Notes under the pieces: generated by a model
The model's input: only the letters and a program-made list of their open reading frames with translations
What the model was told of the DNA's origin: nothing
The model's database searches: none
NCBI RefSeq assembly: GCF_963921235.1
Contig: NC_086097.1
Location: 14,198,001 to 14,262,000 of the forward strand
DNA from: Mobula hypostoma
Taxonomy: Eukaryota
Length of the DNA stretch: 64,000 nucleotides
Direction: 5' to 3'
Made by a program: the position numbers and the translations under genes
Shown here: one piece after another, positions 1 through 10,418 of the stretch
How the letters are laid out: each line of letters opens with the position of its first letter
Numbering within the stretch: position 1 is the stretch's first letter

Positions 1-449
1 TTGGCATAAAGGATGTCAAACATCAGTGATGAAATTTGCCACTGGCCCCACTGCACTAACATAATTTTCAACCAACTGAAGGTAAGGCCCCGTGGCCTGT
101 AAGCCCTGTTCTCCTGTACGATTCAGAGATATGGATTACCAACAGATAGCTCAGCAAACCTACTAGGGAGGGGCCACCAGTGCTAGTTCTGCAGAATCCT
201 CCACTTCCTTTGCATATTTTACCAGGCTACATCTACTGTGCCAAAGCTCTGGGTTCAGCCAGCTCGCATGGCGTGAGGGTATCACTCACAGGCCTGAATC
301 CAGAGTGGCAAAGCAAGCATTAACACCAGTCTCTAACATAGCAACCAGCGAGGGCAGAGCAACTACTCCACAGATGATCTCAAAGTGACATGCTGGTCAT
401 TAAACCAGAGCGTGTGGAAATAGGCCTTTTTGGCCCACTGAGTCCAGAC

Positions 450-1009
450 TAGGGTTGCCAACATTCTCACTCCCAAACAAGGGACAAAAGTAGCAGTCAA
501 ATACAGGACACTTGTGTTTAATCCGAGAAAGACTACCATGACCATGAAGCCTTGCGTGGGCACCTGTGTGCGCATGCGTGATGTGCACATACGTGACGTG
601 CGCATGCGTGTACTTGCCGATTTTTTTCTACAAATCAGTTTTGGCCTAATCTTCCCGATTCTATTAAGTGAAACTACACTGTACATACATTATTTCTACG
701 TTATATAGGCTGTGTATTTATCATATCATTCCCACTCTTACTAGATGTTAGTGTTATTTTAGGTTTTATGTGTTATTTGGTATGATTTGGCAGGTTATTT
801 TTTGGTCTGGGAACGCTCAGAATTTTTTTCCCATATAACTTAATGGTAATTGCTTCTTTGCATTACGCCATTTTGGCTTACGAACAATTTCATAGGAACA
901 CTCTACCTTAGCAGGGGGAATATGGGACAAGGGCGGTCCTGTATGGGACAAACCAATTTAGCCCAATATACGGGATGTCCCGGCTAATACGGGACAGTTG
1001 ACAACCATA
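450..1009. mobile_element. Non-autonomous hAT DNA transposon (Blackjack-like MITE)
   Basis: TIRs are TAGGGTTGCCAAC (450) and GTTGACAACCATA (ends 1009; 2 mismatches). A perfect 8-bp TSD GTCCAGAC lies at 442-449 and 1010-1017. GGGACA-type subterminal motifs are repeated and there is no transposase ORF. Confidence 0.9.
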
Positions 1010-3244
1010 GTCCAGACTTAGTTGTGCTAGGTCAATTGACCTAGTGAACAACCCACCTTTGCAACATAGGAGAAAAAGCAGAGTCCAAGCTAAACCCATA
1101 TGGTCACTGGGAGAACATGAAGATATCTATTCTGTTCATGGAGTTGTGGTTCCTCTTCTGAGCTCCATTCAGATCCAGGCAAAGAATTGCTTGAGATTCC
1201 TCAATCCATATCAAGCTGGGTTCTCAGCCACTTGATATCTCTTCTGGAGGTACTATTATTTCCTTGGTTAACCTCTTCCACCCTGCCTTAAGCTTCTCGT
1301 TGAGAGGCACTGGAACATGATCTTGTTGGATGTAGTCCAAGGCTACGTGGTCTGTGAGCAATTTTGCCTTCCAGTTTCCCTGTTCTGTAAAAGAACATCT
1401 GTACCTGCATCTGTCAGTAGTATGGTTGATGTGAATGCTTGTTTTGAAATGGACTTCGTGATCCCGTCATGATGTGTCCTTACCAGTCCCATCTGTTTTG
1501 CTGTACTACTTCCAAGGAAGGATATGACACCTTTCTACTATGATAAAATCTGAATTATCACTCTACTGATGCTTCAAGGTTCCTACCTTCTGAGAAGACC
1601 ACCAAGTGTGGTCTTATTGTTTGTCACTAGGACTTGACCCATTACATTTATCTGTGCAATCTCAAGGTTAATATCTTGCACTGGAGGGCCATTACACCTT
1701 GCTCCTGACTGAGTTTGAAATGTTATGGTTGACTTTGTAACGGTATTATGGTGGAGATAGATGTGACAAGTAGTCCTGGCACAATTGGCCTTGGTTATTC
1801 TTAGATACTTTTAGATACAACTGGTGCTCTGAAGCTGGCTCTGTCTCTGTCAGTCCTGCTTGACACATTTGCACTCTCCATGCACTTTAAACTTCCTTTT
1901 TGGAATTAGAATCAGAATCTGGTTTATTATCACTGTTTTATAGGCTGTTTTGCGGCAGCAGGCTATTTACAGCAAATACCGTATTTAGTATGTCCCAAAA
2001 TCTCAAGGAAATTTCTATAGCTGTGCATTCTTCCTGGTGGGGAAGTGTTGATTCTTTAGGACTGAAAGAGGCTACAAATGGTGGTAGTCTCAGCCTGTCC
2101 CAATCGTAAGTCGTGCAAAAATAGTAGTGAGGTGGTGTTCATGGATTCAATGCCCATTCAAGTACAGGAGCCTGGAGACCAGCACTGATTGTTTTAGGAA
2201 CACCTTCCTCCTCTCTGCAGTCATATTTCTGAATGGTTCATTAACTACCAGCATTAGCTTGCTATTTTTTTCATTTGCACTATTTATTTATTTGCAGTTA
2301 TAGTATTTTTTTAAGTCTTGCACTGTAATGCTGTCACAAAGCTAGAATTTCACAACATATGCCAGGGATAATAAACCTGATTCCGATTCTGAGATTTTCC
2401 TGGAGCACCTTTCTCACAACATGGAGCATTTTCTCTCAGCTTTTCACCTTGTCGCTCACAGTACTTGCAACTTCTGCCTCACCACCACATTCACTTCCTA
2501 ATGTTGGCCATCTGACATTTCTAGTCTGGCTTTGCATATGTTCAAATCTGCATATCTCTACCTACTTACACGGTGTCTGCTCGCTTAGGCTAGACTCCCA
2601 GATTTCACAAACAATCTGAGCAAATCCTTCAGCTCTGTGACAATACATTTGTGAAGACTGCTGAGAGGATCAATTAGGGTCTCTCTTCCACCCATCTGAG
2701 ATACTTACCAGGAGCGCGTGTTCACAGGGCCTTTAGCATTGTCAATGATCCCTCCCACCTGTCCAGCAAGCTCTGTGACCCCCTGTCATCAGGCAGGGTG
2801 TACCATAGCATGAGGACAAGGACTGTCTGGATGGGAGATTGTCGCAGGCAGCTGCGGAGGTCAGGTCACTGGGTGCATTTAAAGTGGAGGTTGATAGATT
2901 CTTGATAAGTCAGGGCATGAAAAGTCACACAGAGAAGCCAGGTGAATGGGGTTGAGAGGGAAATGGATCAGCTATGATCAAATGGAGGAGCAGACTTGAT
3001 GGGCTGAATGGCCTAGTTCTGCTCCTATGTCTTATGGTCCTACAGGTGTAGCTTCTTCCCCTTGGGCTGTGAAACTACGGAACATCCTGCCATCACCCTG
3101 ATCTCAGCACGTAAGAAGCGCCAGTAGTATTATTCTGATTACTTTTAACTTCTGACATAAATGCAGCTTACTATTTGTTAAGCAACACACATCAAAGTTG
3201 CTGGTTAACGCAGCAGGTCAAGCAGCATCTCTAGGAAGAGGTAC

Positions 3245-3280
3245 AGTCGACGTTTCGGGCCGAGACCCTTCGTCAGAACT
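3245..3280 (-). ncRNA. Minimal type I hammerhead ribozyme motif
   Basis: The minus strand reads AGTT-CTGACGA-A-GGGTC-TC-GGCCC-GAAA-CGTC-GACT. This gives the core CUGANGA/GAAA/GUC, stem I, stem II and a palindromic ACGT stem III. Confidence 0.8.
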
Positions 3281-3341
3281 AACTGAAAGAAGAGCTAGTA
3301 AGAGATTTGAAAGGGAGAAATGTCTTACTAGCTCTTCTGTT

Positions 3342-3377
3342 AGTCCTGATGAAGGGTCTCGGCCCGAAACATCGACT
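3342..3377 (+). ncRNA. Minimal hammerhead ribozyme motif (stem III G>A variant)
   Basis: AGTC-CTGATGA-A-GGGTC-TC-GGCCC-GAAA-CATC-GACT. Confidence 0.7.
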
Positions 3378-4419
3378 GTACCTCTTCCTAGAGATGCTGC
3401 TTGACCTGCTGCGTTCGCCAGCAACTTTTATGTGTGTTGCTTGAAATTCCAGCATCTGCAGATTTCCTCGTGTTTATTATGTGTTAACTTATTTGAGGTA
3501 ATATTACTTTGTGGGCTGTGTGTGAGTTACACTTTGGTCCGGAGGAACATTGTTTCATTTGGCAGTGTATATGTATATGGTTGCAAAGACAATAAACTGG
3601 AAATGAAATTGAACTTGTCTAATTATGATTTTAACTCCCTGCATCTGACCGAAATTTGAGGTGTTGAGTTTTTCCAGAATTTTCTACTTTTATTATAGTG
3701 CATTTCACAACTATTTCCAGTAGACCCAATCATTGACCCCTTTATCCTATCACATCTGTATGTCCTTGCTTGGAGCTTTGACACATCTCTTAAAATGTTA
3801 ATGTAGGTCCCTGTTAACTTAGATATCCCAACATGCCCGGCGATGTTCCCTGACTTAAAGTCCTTCTCACTTTTGCTCTTTTCACCAATCCTGAGTTAAT
3901 GCATTCTGATATACACAAATAAGATGAAGATCGGGATTTCTTTCGTTGGAACGTCAACTGGAATCTGTCTAAGTTTTGTGGTTAGTTCTAAGAACTGATT
4001 ACGACAAGAAGTTGTGGTCTATGTAAACATTGTACAGCTGCCATGCTAATTGACAGCAGTCTTTGTTGGTACAGGTGTGCCCTGATGATTTCTTTTGCTG
4101 ATTATGCGATGTAGTATCAGTAGAAGATGGGAGCTCTGTGTTATCAACACAGGACACAATACAATAGGTTGAAGGCTGCAAGATTCCGAGTTATAATCTG
4201 CTGGTTAACTTCTGATTATTTGTATCTTTCCTATTCTTGTTGAAAGGTACAAACTTCCAAGGTGGTATGACAGGGTAGATGTTGAGATCTTCTCATTACA
4301 GGGAGAAAACTTAGTTCCAAAATATGAGATGAGACATTCAAAACCTTGAAGGTCCCCTTAACGTTCTCTGCCCTAAACTTTCAAGCGTCTTTTAAAATTC
4401 CATCAGACAGAAGAAAATC

Positions 4420-4950
4420 GCGAGTCCAGGAGTGAGAAAAGACCTGAGGTTTGATCAATTTAAGTGCCACACTGAATTAAAAAGGTTGGTTACAGGCCAA
4501 ATCAAAATGGCGGGGCCTGGGCCCGGGAGTGTATCGAAGCTGCAGGACCCAGGTCCGAGGGCGAGGAACGACCCGGGGTTTGGATGATTTAAGGGCCGGA
4601 CCATATTGAAAAGTTTAGTGTGTTGAGGCCAGAGGTGAGGGACTGGCCAGTTCAGCTCGATACTCCGTGAGATTCACTTGTCTCTGTGCTGAACTGCAGC
4701 TGTTGTCCGCTGGTGGCTTCGTGGCTGTGGACTGACTTCTGTGAACTTCAGTTCCAAATGTCATTTGCTTACTTTTATTGTCTGCAAAATTTGTTTTATT
4801 CTTTCTGCAGATTGGGTGTTTGATAGTCTTTTTTAAATGGGTTCCATTAGGGTACTTTGTTCTGTGGCTGCTTGTAAGGGGACAAATCTCAAGGTTGTAT
4901 ATAGTATTCATACCTTAATAATAAATATAATTTGAACTTTGAACTTTGAT
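4420..4950 (+). mobile_element. Non-autonomous LINE-tailed repeat (GC-rich body, TTTGAAC tail); second copy at ~54730-55270
   Basis: Two similar copies occur in the window. Both end AATCTCAAGGTTGTAT...AATAAA...(TTTGAAC)n. Confidence 0.6.
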
Positions 4951-5584
4951 ACCAAAGTTTGAAAACAGGTACCACCAGGCTCAAGGACAACACCTATCTT
5001 CCTGTTATAAGACTTTTGAATGGACCTCTACTAGAATAAAGATGAGCTCTTGTATTCTGCCTTATCGTAACTCTTAGATTTTATTCGATTACCAGTGCTA
5101 CACTTCCTCTGTAAATGTAATAATATATTCGGTCTTCTGCTATTGTTTTTCCTTTCATGCAAGCTTGATCTACTTACGCTTTGAACGACCCGGCTAGATG
5201 GCATGCAAAACGAAGTCTTTCGCTACATCTCGGTCCATGTGGCAATAATCAAGCAACTACCAACCACCATCGATATGCGCTATATAATCCAAATGTATGA
5301 ATAGTGCAAATTTATAACTGCTTATATAATCGATAATCATGCATGCAAATCTCCTGGTCTAAATCTTGCAGAAGTCCAATATAATCTCCCTCTATAGAAA
5401 GCCCAGGCTCTAGGTTTTCAAAAAAATGATTTCTTTAGCCTTATTTTTAATGGCCTTATCTCGGAATCAGAATCAGGGTTAATATCACTGGCAAATGTTG
5501 TGAAACTTTACAGCAGCAATACAATGAAATTCATGATAAATAAATATAGAGAAAAAACTGCTGAGTTACATTAAGTATATATAA

Positions 5585-6340
5585 AAAGAAGGCTCCAAGA
5601 CAAGGATGTACAGCACAGGCTCACGTTCAAGCATACTTTCTTCAGCCAATGATTGGTGTGTCAAGGCTGACCTGGATGGGAAAGGCAGTTTCCCGGAGCA
5701 AATAGCTTTCACCACATTGCGTCCAGATATAATCATATGGTCTGACAGCAGTAGAGAAGTGATTATTGGTGAACTCACAGTCCCCTGGGAAGACAGCATC
5801 GATGAAGCCCATGAGCGCAAGTTAACCAAGTATGCAGAGTTAAGATCAGAGTGCAGAGACAGAGGCTGGAAGGTCTCATGCTATCCATTCGAAGTAGGCT
5901 GCCGTGGGTTTATTGCGTTCACTCTCCAGAAGTGGCTGAGTGACCTTGGCTTCACTAGAAGAGAGATCAAGTCAACCAGCAGGGCTGTAGCTGAGGCAGC
6001 AGAGAAAGGATCAGCATGGGTGTGGACCAAGTATGTCCTGAGGGGCAGATAGTCAGACAGTGTATACATATCTTGCAAATCCTTCAGTAGTTGCATAGAC
6101 ACCTGAAGAGTAGACTATCTGTTGGATGGAAGTGACCAACAACTCTGATAGAGGCAGATGCCAAGTTTTTAAGCTCACCAGTGGGAGGTGGTGCTTTAGC
6201 ACTGCTGGCCCACCACCTCGAGGGAGTCTCGATCATAAGCGGGCCGAAACTCCTGAAGGCAGGTGGCAGATCAACTGATGATCCCACTGGTGATAGCACA
6301 GGACAGTTAACATTTTAGTCCATGTGTATTTTGTAACTCT
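5585..6340 (+). mobile_element. 5'-truncated HERO-clade (R2-like, RLE) non-LTR retrotransposon
   Basis: ORF 5606-6052 followed by a ~290-nt structured 3' UTR, inserted into a Rex1 tail. Confidence 0.85.
5606..6052 (+). CDS. C-terminal restriction-like (PD-D/ExK) endonuclease domain of a HERO/R2-like retrotransposon (fragment; the ATG is probably fortuitous)
   Basis: Motifs TTLRPDIIIW...ELTVPWE...AHERKLTKY...PFEVGCRGF...AEAAEKGSAWVW are typical of HERO-clade RLE domains. The frame is open to its stop codon. Confidence 0.85.
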   Translation: MYSTGSRSSILSSANDWCVKADLDGKGSFPEQIAFTTLRPDIIIWSDSSREVIIGELTVPWEDSIDEAHERKLTKYAELRSECRDRGWKVSCYPFEVGCRGFIAFTLQKWLSDLGFTRREIKSTSRAVAEAAEKGSAWVWTKYVLRGR

Positions 6341-7359
6341 AAAATGGTTAATTTAAAATAAGTAGTACAAAAAGGACAGAAGTAAAAAATGAGGTGGTGT
6401 TCATGGGCTCAGTGTCCATTCAGAAATCTGACGGCAGAGGGGAAGAAGCTGTTCCTGAATCATTGAGTGTGTGCCTTCAGGCTTCTGTACCTCCTCCCTA
6501 ATGGTAACAATGAGAAGAGGGCATGTCCTGGTTGGCGAGGATCCTTAATGATGGACGCCGTCTTCCTAAAGCACTATTCCTTGAAGATGTCTTGAATGCT
6601 ACGCGGGTTAGTACCCAACTAATTTTACAAGTTTTTGCCACTTACTTTGATCTCCAACAGTAGCCGCCCCCCACCCCCCAATACCAGACAGTGATGCAGG
6701 CAGTTAGAATTCTCGCCACAGTGCAATGTAGAAATTTTTGAGTTTCGTGTACTTACTTTTAATGATATGCTTATCTTCACATGCAAACTCAACTATTTAT
6801 AATTTGCGTTTTCCTAACTTTCAGATTTTATTCCTTTTGCTTTTAGTTCTGAAGAGTATTAAAGTCACACATTTCCACATTAAACTAAATTTGCCATCCA
6901 TTTGGCCACCCAGCCTGCCATCCTTCAAAATCCACATCACAATTAGTGTGTCTACCAATTCGCCTACACTGGAAATAGCCATTATTCTTCCTGCAAACCC
7001 ATTTAAGTCATTTATATGTGCATATAATGATACTAATAGCTCCAAAGTAAATCCATATCCACGTCGAACACACATTTCCAATCTAAAACATTCCCTTCCT
7101 CACCTACTCTGAGCCGTTTGACCATTTGTTCAGTGACTACCTCTAATTAAATCTTCCTTCCTGCATATCAAGCACGTATGACATCAGCAACACACTGTCG
7201 TGGTCCTGACGGAGCAGCAGAGCGGCAGCCATCCAATTTTTGGCACTTCAGTTCTCCAGCTGTCCCTTTAAGACTCAGACTGCCAATCATTGCCTGCCAC
7301 ATTCCTTCATGTCTGTACTTAAAGGGCTTGTGCCGAGTACCCAGTGCTCACTCATAGAT

Positions 7360-7902
7360 CACCTTATATTCCATCTGGGTAGCCTCCAACCTGATGGCAT
7401 GCACCTTATATTCTGTCTGGGTAGCTTCCAACCTGATGGCATGAACATTGACTTCTCAAACTTCTGCTAATGCCCCACCTCCCCCTCGTACCCCATCCAT
7501 TATTTATTTATATACACACATTCTTTTTCTCTCTCTCTCCTTTTTCTCCCTCTGTCCCTCTCACTATACCCTTTGCCCATCCTCTGGGTTTTCCCCTCCT
7601 CCCTCTTTTCCTTCTCCCTGGACCTCCTGTCCCATGATCCTCTCGTATCCCTTTTGCCAATCACCTGTCCAGCTCTTGGCTCCATCCATCCCCCTCCTGT
7701 CTTCTCCTATCATTTTGGATCTCCCCCTCCCCCTCCCACTTTCAAATCTCTTACTAGCTCTTCCTTGTTCGTCCTGAGGAAGAGTCTCGGCTCGAAACGT
7801 CAACTGTACCTCTTCCTAGAAATGCTGCCTGGCCTGCTGCGTTCACCGGCAACTTTGATGTGTGTTGTTTGAATTTCCAGCATCTGCAGAATTCCTCGTG
7901 TT
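7360..7902 (+). mobile_element. Penelope-like (Neptune-type) 3' fragment/pLTR with hammerhead at ~7771-7804
   Basis: It encodes the endonuclease C-terminus HLIFxLGSLQPDGMNIDFSNF followed by a pyrimidine-rich pLTR. A 15-bp TSD TGCTCACTCATAGAT lies at 7345-7359 and 7903-7917. Confidence 0.85.
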
Positions 7903-7934
7903 TGCTCACTCATAGATGTTTCATTTCTGGAATT

Positions 7935-8258
7935 GCTGTTTGTGATTTTGCTTTCTGATTTTGTTTGTTTTATCTTGTTTATTTTGAGCCTGAGTTAATT
8001 CTAGACCTTAGACTTTACATGGGTTCACCACCATCCGTAGCTCTCACACTACATCACAGTTGAGCCATCACGAGCCCAGCGGAGAATGAATGCCTGTGAT
8101 CTGGGGAGCAACTGCAGGCAGATCTGACAACATGCTTCAGGAGTACTACTGTTTGTGATTTTGTCTTTGGATTTCATTTGTGTCATCCTGTTTATTTTGA
8201 GTCTGAGTCAAGTCTAGACCTTGCCCAGCATCATGCATAGCTCTCTCATTACATCACA
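7935..8258. repeat. Diverged ~120-bp direct duplication
   Basis: CTGTTTGTGATTTTG...TGTTTATTTTGAGYCTGAGT...TCTAGACCTT...TAGCTCTC...TACATCACA occurs at ~7935-8058 and ~8149-8258. Confidence 0.7.
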
Positions 8259-8769
8259 AAGTGCTGGAGGGACCCAGCAGGTCAGGCAACATCTGTGGTG
8301 GAAAATGAGCACTTGACATTTCAGGTCAAGACCCTTCAACTGAGCTCCTCACAATTGTTAGAAGAAAATTTTACTTTCCAACATTGCTTTGATTGAAAAG
8401 CCTGTTTGTTCCAGCCAGGAATTTGTTGATGATGGTTAATCTTTTAGAAATCTCCATTGATTAACTGAACCTTTTCAATGTAATCCTTTTGCAGAACAAG
8501 GATCATGTAACCACTGACAACAATGGCCATTTACATCAGCCTGAAAGAGTCAGGTGCCACAAAATGAAAGACCACAGTCACAGACACGAGGGATGATGGC
8601 CCTGCTTTCAAACGTGTCTTTTATAATTTCTCAAAATATTCTTTTCTACAGCACTGTGCTAGCCTCAGTTTTAGTACACATTACAGATTAGAACCCGTGG
8701 AAGAATTCGCATTGATTAGTACATTATCAAGTCCCAATGCGCTTTGCAAGCAGTGAGGTTCTTTTGAAG

Positions 8770-9665
8770 GCACACCTCAAGGATGTGTGTTTAACCCACT
8801 GCTCTACTCTCTCTACGCCCGTGACTGTGTGGCTACATGCAGTTCAAATGCCATCTATAAGTTTCCTGATGACACAGCTATTATTAGCAAAATTTCAGAT
8901 GGTGACGAGAGACGAGATGGCATACAGGAACAAGATATCTCAGCTGGTTGAGTAGTACTGCAGCAACAACCGAGCACTCAATGTCAGTAAGACCAAAGAA
9001 TTGTGGACTCAAAAAAGGTAGGACAAGGGACACTCCAGTCCTCATCAAGGGATCAGTAGTGAAAAGATTGAGCAATTTCAAGATCCTGGGTGTCAACATC
9101 TCTGAGGATCTTTCCTGGACCCAGCATATTGATAGCAAGAAGGCACAACAGGGGCTATATCTCATTTGGAGTTTCAGGAGAATTAGTACGTCACCAAAGA
9201 CAATAGCACTATTTTATGGATGTACTGTAGAGACCATTCTAAATGGCTGCATCACTATCTGGTACAGGGTCAGGGTTGGGGGGCAGCTACTGCATAGGAT
9301 TGAAATAAGCTAGAGGAAGTTGTGAACTCAGTCAGCTCCATCGTGGCCATTAGCCTCCCCAGCAACCATAGAATCTTCAGCGAGCAATGTCACAAAAAGG
9401 CTGCATCCATTATTAAGGACCCTATCACACAGGACATGCCTTGTTCTCATTGCTACCATCAGGGAGGAGGTGAAGAAGCCTAAAGGCACACACTCAATGT
9501 TTCGGGAACAGCTTCTTCCCCTCTGCCATCAGACGATTTATTTAAGGTAACTTTTTTATTTATATATATTTATGGTAATTCACAGTTTTTATTATGTATT
9601 GCAATGTACTGCTGCCAAGTAACAACAAAGAATATGCCAGTGATATCGAACCTGATTCTGGTTCT
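8770..9665 (+). mobile_element. Rex1/Babar LINE RT 3' fragment (decayed)
   Basis: ORF 8948-9313 reads NFKILGVNISEDLSWTQHI...TVETILNGCITIWY. It has a (GATTCT)n tail. Confidence 0.8.
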
Positions 9666-10099
9666 GAACATAATGCATTGTTGTGGTAAACCCAGCAAAT
9701 ATTATGGAAAAATTGCCAAGATCGTTTGTATATGATTTTGTTTTGGGACAATTGTTGATCATCATATTCTGACCAACCCTGCTCATTTTTAAGAGTGCTG
9801 TGGAATCTTCTGCATCCACTAAAAAGGCAGAAACAGGCTTGATTTAACATCTCATCTGACATGTCTTCTTCCCTCACTGTGCCTTTGCTCTCCAGTCTCT
9901 GGAGTAAGGCAGACAGAGATGAGACTGCTCGAATTAAAGTTCATTATCTAGGACATTCTACTACCAGATGGCTAATACCGGAAACATAGAGGGGCTTTTA
10001 AGAGATGTTTAGATTAGTATGTGAATGTGAAGAAAATGGGAAGATAAGGACATTGTGTAGGTCGAAGAGATTAGTATAGTTGGCCATTTGATGACTAAT

Positions 10100-10418
10100 C
10101 TAATGCTGTGGCGCTTGGCCAAGTGTTTAAGGCGTTCGTCTGGTGATTTAAAGGTCGCTGGTTCGAGCCTTGGCTTAGGCAGCGTGTGTGTCCTTGAGCA
10201 AGGCACTTAACCACACATTGCTCTGCGACGACACCGGTGCCAAGCTGTATGGGTCCTAATGCCCATCCCTTGGACAACATCGGTGGTGTGGAGAGGGGAG
10301 GCTTACAGCATGGGCAACTGCTGGTCTTCCATACAACCTTGCCCAGGCCTGCACCCTGGGAACTTTCCAAGGCGCATATCCATGGTCTCACAAGACTAAT
10401 GGATGCCTATATATAAAA
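10100..10418 (+). mobile_element. tRNA-derived SINE with CORE-like central motif
   Basis: A-box-like TGGCCAAGTG, B-box GGTTCGAGCC and central GTGTCCTTGAGCAAGGCACTTAACC are present. The TSD is GATGACTAAT / GATAACTAAT (10090-10099, 10419-10428). It is inserted into a CR1 3' UTR. Confidence 0.85.

Larger units (their letters stand above)
3181..3473 (+). mobile_element. Penelope-like (Neptune-type) pLTR fold-back element
   Basis: Inverted arms of ~120 bp (3180-3304 / 3323-3442) are the same sequence as the pLTRs at 7360-7902 and 21058-21512. An approximate TSD reads TTACTATTTGTTAA / TTATTATGTGTTAA. Confidence 0.85.
2640..3615 (+). mobile_element. Decayed Rex1/Babar-like LINE 3' fragment, interrupted by a CR1 3' end (~2840-3040) and the Penelope fold-back
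   Basis: The 3'-terminal sequence resembles other Rex1-type ends in the window and finishes in AATAAA plus TTGAA(C) repeats. A CR1 tail (GGCCTAGTTCTGCTCCTATGTCTTATGGTC) is nested inside. Confidence 0.55.
5463..6740 (-). mobile_element. Rex1/Babar LINE 3' fragment split by the HERO insertion
   Basis: It has a (GAATCA)n tail and the GTCCATTCAGAAATCTGAYGGCAGAGGGGAAGAAGCTGTTCC signature shared with many copies in the window. The host sequence resumes at ~6340. Confidence 0.75.

Noticed and set aside
70..215. Very old RTE-like RT remnant (PVLLYDSEIW)
   Set aside because: Too short and degraded to support by eye.
3198..3424. Near-identical ORFs on both strands (MLVNAAGQAASLGRG...)
   Set aside because: This is an artefact of the palindromic pLTR, not a gene pair.
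6240..6290. Hammerhead in the HERO 3' UTR (GAAA and CTGATGA both present)
   Set aside because: The helix following CTGATGA is not followed by GAAA on its partner strand, so the topology does not fit.
10105..10180. tRNA gene
   Set aside because: It has A/B boxes but continues into a SINE body with a TSD, and there is no complete cloverleaf.
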